A program made the position numbers and the translations under genes. Below, in pieces: positions 41,124 to 53,100 of a stretch of 64,000 nt of DNA. The notes below the pieces were generated by a model. The model did no database searches, was not told the origin of the DNA, and saw only the letters and a program-made list of their open reading frames with translations. Origin of the DNA: Owenia fusiformis (taxonomy: Eukaryota). Position 1 is the stretch's first letter; each line of letters begins with the position of its first letter. The DNA lies in assembly GCA_903813345.2 (NCBI GenBank), contig CAIIXF020000001.1, positions 15,748,001 through 15,812,000 of the forward strand, in the 5' to 3' direction.

Positions 41124-44100
41124 ATGGCTAATGGTGGTATGAGTACTGCTGAGATAGAAGCTGGTATTAAGGGTATGCTAAATATGTCATTTCTTCAAAA
41201 AACTGCAGAAGAGAGACAGATCTCAAATTCGAAAGAAGGAGAGCTGAAAATAACCATTAGAAATGAAAAGAAAGGGAAATCAAGACAACAACAAGGTAGC
41301 AAAGAATCACCTCCAGAAAAATCTGAAATTGAATCCAATAATTCATCATCTAAAAAAGGAAATGTTAAACGGGACAGTAAAATAAGTAAGAAGAAAATCA
41401 AGGAAAGTCAATCTTCTAAAGTATCTAAAACTTTAGATGAAGCACAGCCAATAGTAGAACAGATAGACCTGGTTACACAAGCCACACAGCCATGTGATGA
41501 TCTTAAACAGATGGGTGACCCTAGAAACATGACAACACCCCAAAATAGTTTTAAAAGTGAGCAGCCAAAACAAAAGAAGAAACATACCAATAAGAATCGA
41601 TCAGGAAATGGACCTAAAGACTCTAAAAAGGAGACTGGAAATGTAACCCCTGCTTCTAACAAAAAACCAAGTCTAGAAATATATAGACCTAAGTCATATA
41701 AAAACAATGCTACAGGTTTACAATTACAGACCAGGGATGATACACAGGATCAGAACCCAAGACGGGGTCAACAAAGTCCAGAACCCAATAAGACCACAGG
41801 ACAGACACAGAAAGACACCCCTGGTAAGTTTCCTAATTTTAAACGTACTAGTTCAAAACTCATTAGTTTTTTTTGATGTGGGGCTGAACCATGTTTTAAT
41901 GTATCATACCACCAAGCACCAAATTACAATTTTGCTGAATTGAACAGTACCTCGCTCAAATTAGAATGAGTCACAGATTTTGGAAACCATAATTTATCTA
42001 AATATCTCATAGCTACTCACCTATACTTGAATGACATTTCCTGATTTCAAAACATATAATTGCATTGTCAAACTGCTGAAACTAACTAACGTTTAACCTA
42101 TCTCTTAGGATCTATCGGAGTTACTTTATAATCCAATGAGTTTGATGTTAAGTTATTATGTTATTAAATTTTGCAAGCAGGGAAGAGCATTGGCAAAGAG
42201 GACCAAGCCACACAAGAAGAGCTAATGGATCTCCAAGAACAGTTTATATTCCCTTTGAAGAAGGTAAGAATAAATTCTTTTCTTTCAAAGTTTAAATATA
42301 TTGTAGTATTCCTTCAGAAAATCTCAATACTTAAATATAAGAACAATTCAGCTTATTAAATCATGGATTCTAATATTGGCTTTTTAAATTTCATGTACAA
42401 AAATATGTGTATGTTAAATCAAATTAAATTTTTCCATTTCCATAGACTGGGAATTATCAAGATAATAACTATGATAAATTTACCTCCAGAAATCATTGAA
42501 GTTTCCCAAGGCACGTTTTTTCTGTCGTATTTGTGACTACCATTGTGACACAGTAGAGATATCAAAAAGACACTACAAGGACAATAGGCACATACGGCTT
42601 ATTGAGGTAATTATTCAAATTTTGTTAGCGAATTATAGGTCGATCTATATATTGTCTGCTTGGCATATATTAAAACTGCATGATGATAAGCTTATATTTA
42701 CCCTTGCTTCTTAGTTAAAGAGAGGAGATGCATTGTTGAAGAGCCTTCCTAAGCCATGTGCCACCCACATAGCCTGTCTGGATGAGCTCATAGATGAAGT
42801 CTACAATACACAGAGCCTTGGAGAAGAGTGTGTCAAATCCAGACTAGAATATTTGGATGCACTAAAGGTCTATCTCAGGCAGAAACTACCAGGTATTGTT
42901 AAGATATCGTCAGATATTGTCATATTGTCTGATAACGTCAGAGTAAAACTGACTTTTCCTTGTTTTTTCCTTGTCTTTTCCTTACTTTAATTGTCAACAG
43001 GTCCAAGTCAGACCAATATATATTTTGTACTCGACTGATATACAGCTTAGAGAAATAAAAATAATTTTGCAATTATAAATATTACAATTATAGATTCTTG
43101 TGTATTATTTTCTCAGAAATACTAAACCACCAATCAGGCTAAAGCCACAATATCATATTGTTGTCCAGGATTAAAATCTCCTATTCCTCCCCTCTTATTG
43201 AATGCCATCTTAATTCACATTCATAGCATTAGAGTTGGAAGTGTATGGTTCAACAGTGAGTGGGTTTGGCTTGAAGAATAGTGATGTAAATGTAGATGTA
43301 GTATTACAACAGTCTGACAACCCTGCATACATACTGACTACCATACACGAGATGCTCAGGGATAATGAGAGTGAGTGTTTTACTTTATATCTCTTATTAT
43401 TAAGTAGGCTTGAGTTGGAGATAGTTTTTGCATAATTGGGAAGTTTTTTCTTAAACCCTATAATATTCCATGGTTTGTGAAGTTGTTTGTCTCTTTCATT
43501 TGAAGATTTGTTGATTGAATAGTTTCTTAAAATATGATGAATTTCAAACAACTTCTTCGAATTTAGGCTCAATTGATTTAATGAAATCTGAATATATTAG
43601 TGTTTACTTTTAATAGTTTTTCAATGTAAGAACCCAGAAACTTTCCATGTATTGTTACATTGCCACAATTATCACATTGGCATTCAGGTCATTGCCCAAT
43701 AGACTACCCCTTTTTCCAAGTCCTTTGCCAAAAGTGATTGTCCAGGATGCTATCATTGAGCTTTAAAGCCTAATTTATATATTTACAGAGAAAGCCTAGT
43801 TACAAGGTAATGCTTCAAATGGAGAAACCATATAAAATTGTAACTAATTGCTGAAAATGACTTTGTTTATTTGTTGTTAGATTGTTACGACTCCATCCAA
43901 AGTGACTTCTCCGCCAAGGTCCCTTGCATCACATTCAGGGAGAGGTCCAGCAAGCTTTCCTTCCAGATCTGTGTGAACAACGTGTCTGCCCACCTCACCA
44001 CAAAGTTGCTGCAGCTCTATAGTAACATGGACCCCAGAGTCAAGAAGCTGGGTGTGGCTTTTAGATATTGGGGACAGGTAAGCATTGAGCAAGCACTTTT

Positions 44101-47100
44101 AGTAATCAGGGGGTCATTAACAGAACTTTCGTAAAGTTACGAATTCGCAAGTCAATTGTTAATTTTACGAATTTGGTAAATGTACATTATCAGAACTTTC
44201 GTAAAGTTACGAACGATTCGCAAAGTTACGAAAAAATGACGTCACGTATGCTTTCGTTCGTAACTTTAATAGCACCTCAGACCCTTTCATAACTTTGCGA
44301 ATGGCACATTTCTCATCCAATTCTTATGTAAGGTATACAGGTTGGCAAAAAGAAAATGTTCTCTATATGCATGCTGAGTTTCAAGCTAAAATATCTACCT
44401 ATTCTTACATGATAAGCAAATATGTTCCTGAGCTGGAAATCTTTGAAATCGCGGAGACAGGTTTGATCACAGCGCGCAATGATATCAAATGACATCATAT
44501 TTTATTTGTGCTAAATAATGATATAAGATGACGTCACAATTTGAAATTCATTTACGAACGATAAAACTAATGAATGACTTACGAAAGTGTTCTGTTAATG
44601 GCCAATTCGTAACTTTATGAATTCGTAAATCGAATTACGAATTCGTAACTTTGCGAAAGTTCTGTTAATGACCCCCAGGTTAATCATCAGGCAAAATATT
44701 CAAGGAAAATGCAATAGTAACTGAGATGTCAAATGAGGACACCCACCAGTGGCTACCACTATAATCGTATGATAAAAATCACTGTTAATGGACATCATTT
44801 TAATAAAGAATGCTCGTTTATGTTAAGATTATTAAGTACATGTCATGCCATAGAATATCATAGCCAGAGGTACTTAAGCAAGATGCTATTTGTTTTCAGT
44901 TGTGTGAGATTGACAGGCAGCACGAGGGAACTCTTCCATCATATAGTTTCAATCTGATGTTAGTTTATTATTTACAACAATGTCAGCCCCCTATACTACC
45001 AAGTCTGGATCAGTTAGCAGCGGTAAGAACAATTTAACTAAATATTAGAGGTTATTATGAATATAAGGAGAGGAACAGATTACTAAAATCCAATATAATT
45101 CTTTAAGGGCTCTTAAGATATGTCTTGGAGGTATGCTATTTGCTATCTATGATTGCTGGTTGTTGGGGGAAATGTCATATATGCTATTTGTTAAATCTGT
45201 TCATATAATTGTTGTAAGTATTGTATTCATTATTATCTTTTATGAAGAGTTAAGTACTCTACAATATACATATATTGAAAATATACAATTGCATTAACTG
45301 GGTGTCACATTTTCTCCAGATGGTGCCTAAAAATATGAAAGGAAATGTGTACACTCATATATTTGAGGATGATCTCGTAAGTATTTATAAATCTTCTATA
45401 TATTAATAGTTGTGGTAAATTGTTTAAGTTGAATGTCTTAACCAGCCAAGTTGTGTTTGCTCATTGCACATTATACACAAGCATCGATTGTCTGTTTGAA
45501 TACTATGTAATACATGTCATTTTCCCAAACAAAAGTGTCACACATCATAATGGTATTGTATTTCATAAGTACATGATGTTCATCCTCTATGCCTTGGGTG
45601 TAAACTACACATTGCTGTCAATTGGCAAGCACTTGTATTTCCCCATTTTGATCTTGATTGGAGTTACACAACATTATAGCCATGTAAACACTCTCTGGTC
45701 TGCTTTAAATATGGTTGACAGTTGCAAAACTGTATCTACTTCCAGCAAATGGACTGGACAACCAGTAATACATTTAGTGTGGGAGAGTTATGGCTGGGTC
45801 TGCTAGAGTTCTACAGTGTTACCTATGAAATGACTAACTACATCATCAGCCTACGGGGAAATAATTTACTAAGACGAGAAGAAAAGAGATGGAACAGTAA
45901 AAAGATTGCAATTGAAGGTACATTTTTGGAAGTGGGTTTAAAATCATGTAATGCTTGTTTTTATATCTCTGTCAATCTTGTACATTGTATGATTGGTCAA
46001 ACCCTTCATGCATAGGTGTTTTCGTATAAATTCTTAACAGACAAAAGAACAGTCTTTAAAAAACAGAATAAAGAAACAGAAATAAAGACCATCTAATATA
46101 TCTATGTGTATTTCAGATCCATTTGCTACAAAGCGTAACATCACACGATCAGTAAGCCATTCACAGCTTTATGAATACATAGTTGATAGAATAAGGGCCA
46201 CATATAAATACTTCAGTATCCCCCAAACCAGGAAGGGACCATTGTTCACAAAGGTAGACAAAACCATGTCCAAAAGTGGCCCTAGAAATAAAGCAAAAAA
46301 GACTGAAGCTAAGATTGAAGACTTAGTTAAGAGTGATGATGTTGTGATAGAATCTGATGAGATCATTGATGATAATGAAGAGATTGTTGATACCATTGAT
46401 AGACTTGTTACAGATGAGGATGACATAGAAAGAAATACACACAGTGATGTTCCAATTGCAGATGAAGATCTAGATTCACTTGTAGAATTGATTGATGACA
46501 CGAATTTAAATGATAGTGTTATAAATCAACATATAGATACTACTAGTATAGAGGATACAGTCAATAGCAATTGTACCCAAACAATAAATGATGAAGAACT
46601 AAGACGTTTTGCAGGAAATCTAGTTATAAATGTAATATCAGGTGCAATAGCAACTCTCAAGTCAGTAGATGATTCTACATCAACAAGGGAGGCAGTCCAA
46701 CAGCCACCAACATGCAAAACTGCTAAGAAATCTACAACCTCACAAGGTGGTGATAATGAACAATTAGAGCCATTCTTGCATTTAGAAAATGATGAAGAAT
46801 TCATAGAATCTGCAGTGAAATATGGCATATACAGGGCCAGGATAGTAGGCAGGCTTAAGCGGAGTGACTATGCTTTCCTTTTCAAGACAGAGACACTCAC
46901 CGATGGAACGGTGAGTCTAACTTACAGATGATAATGTACACATTCAATCCCACCTTAGGTTTTAATAAGTTTAGGTTTCATATATAGCGATTTGTGCATT
47001 CATTCTTTAATACTAAAACCCAAATAAAGATAACGGTTGAATCCTTGATTCACAACAAGTATTTGTCATTAAGTTATATGATGAGCCAACAAGTACCTTA

Positions 47101-50100
47101 AGTGTTTTCTTCCTATTTCCAGGGTCCAGCAATTATATGTAGCATATGTGGGAAAGAAGGACACTTAAAGAAGATGTGCCCTGATGAAACACTGCCTGCC
47201 TTGCTGCCTTTACCAGTTCCTGGGAAGACCTATATGCAAAATCTCGGTGCTGCGCTGCATCAACTGGCATGTAAGTTAACTAATTTACCATCATGGAGAC
47301 TTGTGCCATTTGAGGCATTTTTAAGCAATAGTAGATTTTCTGGAATATGAGCAACCATGTTTAGTTGCAGAATTTACAAATGAGTTAAAATCACTGTTTT
47401 GAGCTATATTTTTGAATAATTATTTTTAAACAAATAGTGAAAAGGTCCATTGATTGAAAAATTTCCTTATTCCACAAGATGAATACAGCCTTTTGAAAGT
47501 CAAAGACTGCAATAGATTCTTGGTTTTCTTTCTAATAGTTGAAACAATGCCCACAGAGCAAGATGATCAAAGAAGAGAGCAGATTCTGTTAGAGATAGAA
47601 GAATTTGTGAAAGAGCTCCACCCTGATGCCTCTCTATCTTTGTTCGGTTCTTCCTGTAATGGGTTTGGCTTTCGTACAAGTGACCTTGACATCTGTATGA
47701 CATTGGGACCTAAGACTTCAGAGGTATGACAGATTTATTCCTCAATCCTGCTTTGGTAGTATGCATGCTATTTTGATATTAAACTCATGGGGCATCATAA
47801 GAAATCGAACCAACTGATCAAAATTGAATTGTGGACTGGTTGTCAAATTGGAATGCGAAATAATCAGCTTGCCCTGATCAAAATTGTTTGATTGAATAGT
47901 AACATGTCATCTTATGAGCCAATAGTATAGTCCTTTAACTTCTGTTTTTGCTTTTAGGACCTTGATTGTGTTGATATCATAGAGAAGTTGGCCACTAAGC
48001 TGAGACAGTGCAAGGGTCTCTACCAGGTGGTACCTATCACAACAGCCAAGGTGCCTATAGTTAAGTTCAAACACAGACGCAGCCAACTAGAGGGTGACAT
48101 TAGTCTCTATAATACACTGGTAGGTAGCAGTAGTTGCTGAAGTAAATGTAACAGTTTAGTACACATTTTGACTATATGCTATTGTTATATATATGAGAGT
48201 TATGTAATTGGAAGCTTCTATGTCACCACTAGAAAGTGGTATTTTGTTATAGTCTCCAACTTTTTTGTGGATTGTGTTTGGCAACTGTAATGAATAGTGG
48301 ATGGTGACGTTTTGATTTGATATGTTAAAATTATCTGTACCCTGTAGCCCTGTACAGAAGCCCATTATCAATTTCCTGTGGAGCATAAAATGCAGCTGAT
48401 CACTTCAAAATGGTGGCGATTTTTTCAGCTTTTTCTGGTCGTACCTCAACAAGCATTCCACAAATTTGCTTGAAATTGTGCAAATACCCTAATTTAAAGG
48501 TTAAAAATGGAAAATTGACTTATATTTCATTCCCTCTGGTCAGGGCTTGCATTAACGGCGTCCCTTACATGTAAGTGACGCAAAAAAAAATTGTAGGACG
48601 GAAAAATAAAAAATATTTCTGTTTTTGGGACGGAAAAAAATTGAGTCAAAACTTTGAACATTTTTTGAAAATCTTGAAAATCTCAATAGTTGATCATGTT
48701 TGACTTCTTTGAGATGTATATTAAGGTCAAAATATGTGAGATTTACAACTTTATTTTGAGTAAAAAAGAAAAAGAATGCAGAAAAACGAACTATTGTAAT
48801 GGGCGATAATAGGTTATCAGTTTGCATGTGACATATTTTTCTCACTGAAAAGCTGATATGAAACCTTCAAAATGAGTTCAATTGTACAAATGATGCGTAC
48901 TTACCTAGGTGAAGTAGTCTATTTGTGATTATATAACGTCAAAATGAGACCCTATCTGTTGCAAGACTAACGCCTGGCGTAACCGTCACCATGTTATTCA
49001 GTGTTTTTTAAGTAGCGCAAGGATCCTGCCATGACCGTGGTAATGTTATCGTGAAAGCCTGGTATAACCGCGACAATGCTGTATTATATTAAAATGCCTG
49101 CCATGACCGTGGTAGTGTAATCGTGTAAGCCTGTCGCGACCGTAACCTTTATATGACATTAATGACCTTTATGTTCGCCCGTTGCTGTTTGTATTTTTTA
49201 TGGATAAATCTTATTTATTGATCATTATAGAAAGTATATGCTTTCGAATCAAAGCTCCTTGAATGAGAGTAGAGATATAGTTTGTTAGCAAATTATTTAT
49301 GAGTAAAAATTATAGGTTTTCGTTGTGAAATTAATACACATTTTTCGTAGTCTTTATTTACATCTTTAAGGTAGTTAAACACGAAGAAAAATTGTCATTA
49401 CGGTGTTCTCATGCTACTTTAACATTCTGACGGTCATGACAGGCCTTTCAATCATTATTACGGTCATATAATATATACGGCAATATAACATAACATTGTC
49501 ACGGTCATGGCAGGCTTTACAAGCATTGTCACGGTCATGACAGGCCTTGCAATATAATATAGCATTACCACGGTCACGACAGGCCTTGAAATATAATATA
49601 GCATTGTCACGGTCATGACAGGCCTTGCAAGCATTGTCACGGTCATGACAGGCCTTGCAATATAATATAGCATTACCACGGTCACGACAGGCCTTGTAAT
49701 ATAATATAGCATTGTCACGGTCATGACAGGCCTTGCAAGCATTGTCACGGTCATGACAGGCCTTGCAATATAATATAGCATTACCACGGTCGCGACAGGC
49801 CTTGTAATATAATATAGCATTGTCACGGTCATGACAGGCCTTGCAAGCATTGTCACGGTCATGACAGGCCTTACAAGCATTGTCACGGTCATATCAGGCT
49901 TCAGCATTAGCACAGTCTTGACAGGCATTACAACCATATTCATTACAGGCCTTGCAATATAATATAGCATTGTCCCGGTCATGACAGGCCTTGCAACCAT
50001 TGTCACGGTCATACGGGGCTTTAACATTACCACGGTCATGACAGGCCTTGCAATATAATATAGCATTACCACGGTCATGACAGGCCTTGCAATATAATAC

Positions 50101-53100
50101 AGCGTTGTCACGGTTATACCAGGCTTACAAAATAACACTGCCACGGTCATGGCAGGATCCTTGCGCTACTTAAAAAACACCGAATAACATGGTGACGGTT
50201 ACACCAGGCGTTAGTCTTGCAATAGATAGCATGTGGTCAAAATGGTCTAATTTATGATATAAATCAGAGGATTCTGATCATGTAGAAAATGTAGTGATAC
50301 ACTAAATTACTGAGCGTCAGACAAATTCATACTAAAAAATGTTCTTATTTTTTCAAGCAGTTGTTCAGTGCAAACAGCAAGTATAAAGATAATCACAGTA
50401 TAATAGTACTTACTATAACAGGCTGGAGGTTACATAACATAAGTGAATTGAATATAAAGAACATGTTTAAATCACAGGGCACGAATGGCAACATTTTGAA
50501 AACACATAAGGCATGTAAGATCAAGTCATGCACATTCCAAAATAGCCCATTATAGCTAATTTAGCTAATTAAGCTTATATATTGGAGGACACACTTTTTT
50601 CGGTCGGGACTCACTTTTTAAAAAAATTTCCTTCATTGGGACTCACATTTTTCAGAGCCTAATGCAAGCGCTGCCTCTGGTAGATAATATAAATTTTACT
50701 GCTATAATCCTGAAATTAAATTAATATATTAATGATAAATAGTTCTGCTATTTCATCCTAGGCTCAACACAATACAGATATGCTGAGGATGTATAGTGAA
50801 ATAGACTCCAGAGTGCGGATTCTTGGCTACTGCCTTAAACACTTTGCTAAGGTAATCAGTGTCAGATAATTAAGGATTTAAGCCCTGGACTGTGTTTGCT
50901 GAATCATACCATGAAGGTGTTGTTTCCAAATCTATGCATGACCGTGCAGTGGGAATGCAAAGTTTAGGAAACAACGTATGAGTGGAATGAAGCAGCTATA
51001 ATGCGTCTTGGGCTTAAATTCCTTTCACACATTGCAAATTATTTTCTACAAAATCACCTAAAAGATACAAAATCACTAAAAGAACATTTTTTTAATGAAA
51101 CTTGTTGCAAGGGTCAAGTACATGTATTGGCAAATCAATTTCAATATCCTTACTTTGACAACTATACAAAACAAATTTGTTATTAATTATTTCATACACT
51201 GCTGTCATGAGAAATACTGTGTTTGGATTGGCTGGAATCGGATACACCTTGCCTAGTTATGTGTGAATTCACGCACACTAGTTTCATGAGTTTTGATTAA
51301 GGTTTTTGCTAATATAAGACTCAAAAGTCACATTAACTAACATTGTAAAAAATGATTTTTAGTCCATTTTCAGCTGGTTGTTTTGAACATCAATTATCAG
51401 TATTCAAGCTATCTTGTGCATGAATCATTAATTGTTCTGAATTATGATGTTCCAGATCTGTGATATAGGAGATGCATCTCGGGGTAGTTTATCTTCATAC
51501 GCCTACATACTGATGCTGTTGTATTTCCTACAACAACGCAAACCCGCTGTGATTCCAGTCCTTCAAGAGGTAAATACAGCTTTGGTATTCTTATATACAA
51601 CCTGTTTAAATGGAACACCCTTGGTTCCTCTAAAAAGTGTTCTACTTGGGAGGTGTTCCTATTAAAGGTTCATTTAACATTAAGTCAGTTGGTCTTGGGT
51701 CTCTGAAAAGTGTTCCACGAATACTTATACTCGTAGATGTGCTCAGCTTTACAAGTTTCACTGTACTGTACAATATGAAATATGTATGAGGTGTGTATGA
51801 ACATTTTGTCTGAATGTCCATTCACTAACATGTTTTCACAGCCTTTGAATGTTACTGCAAACCATGCTTTTTTACTGAGAGCTAATCCCAGTAATATTTA
51901 CCTCAAAGAAAATTTCATGTAGAAAGATATATGCAGATTTTCTTAAATTTTCCGCTTTAAACGTAATTTCCATGGAATTCTATATGATTGATGAAATGAG
52001 CTTTGTTGATTTTCACATATAACTGTTCACTGTTTCAGATGTACGAGGGTCCAGATAAACCAGAAACACTAGTAGATGGCTGGAATGCTTGGTTCTGTCC
52101 AGATGGAAACTTACTGGTAAGGAGTTAACATACACTCAACATGTATCATTGTACAATATGACTTAAATTAATAACTTTGCAAGAGTTATATCAAATTTCC
52201 ATAAGTTACCAAAAATTTGCGGCACCAATTACAACCTGCCATTGCTCAGGCACAATGATATCATTAGTTTTTCCTCTTGCGAACCTTTTTCTTTAAAATT
52301 CAACATAACAAAAATAAACAAACTCATGATGAAGAAGTTTTGTACAGTGTACAATATTTTCAGACCAAATTGTGGCCTGACTGTGGCAAGAATAAAGAAA
52401 GCGTAGCTGAACTCTGGATTGGGTTTCTGCGCTTCTACACAGAAGTATTCAACTTTAAAGACTATGTTATCAGTATCAGAAGTATAAAGCCTTTATCGTG
52501 CCTCGAGAAACTATGGAATGGCAAATGCATTGCAATAGAAGGTATAGTTTTTGTGCTATTAATAAGATCTTTACCATGCCACCTGTTGAATGTTATTATC
52601 CCACTGAATGAAGTCTGGTTGGGATATAGAGAAGCTGTTGTCCAACCATTTGTAAGTCTGTCCATCCATTGTTTAGTCCAGATTTTATAAGCTATGTTGT
52701 ATGGGCAAAGGACCTCTGCTCGAGAATGACTTTCCAGACCTCTCAATTCAAAATGGCCACCAGTTTTATTAAAAATGTAATCTTTGATAAGTAACTCAAT
52801 ACCAGTTGATGGATTTGCATGCTGATGCCTTATGGAGATAGGAATTATCAAAATGAATGCTGAATTTTTCAGGATCTAGGAATATTATTAATTTTCCAGA
52901 TAACACAATTGGCACTTACTAGATTGCTCCAAATTTTGTGTGCTTAAATACCTTTAGGTCAATTAGACCTCTGCTCAAGAAGAATTTGATATAGCCATCA
53001 TTTCATCATGGGTGTAGATCATTTTGCCAAAAGAGATGAAATTTACTCTACTACTTTCATGTTATTTCTGTCATGTACTTGTAATTTGTCAAAAATGACT

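Larger units (their letters stand above)
48541..50673. mobile_element. Non-autonomous hAT-type element with perfect 8-bp TSD, hosting a nested foldback element
   Basis: CCTCTGGT|CAGGGCTTGCATTA ... TAATGCAAGCGCTG|CCTCTGGT; subterminal ggac(g/t) motifs. Confidence 0.9.

Noticed and set aside
41195..46828. Minus-strand ORFs overlapping TUT4/7 exons (41195, 41408, 43877, 46169, 46526) and similar shadows over other genes
   Set aside because: Antisense shadows of real coding exons with no independent domain signal.
49430..50150. CRISPR-like appearance (partly palindromic ~30-bp repeats) and 228-aa ORF 49464..50150
   Set aside because: No unique spacers (only presence or absence of tataatata), no cas genes, eukaryotic intron; the ORF is a by-product of 30/39-bp periodicity.
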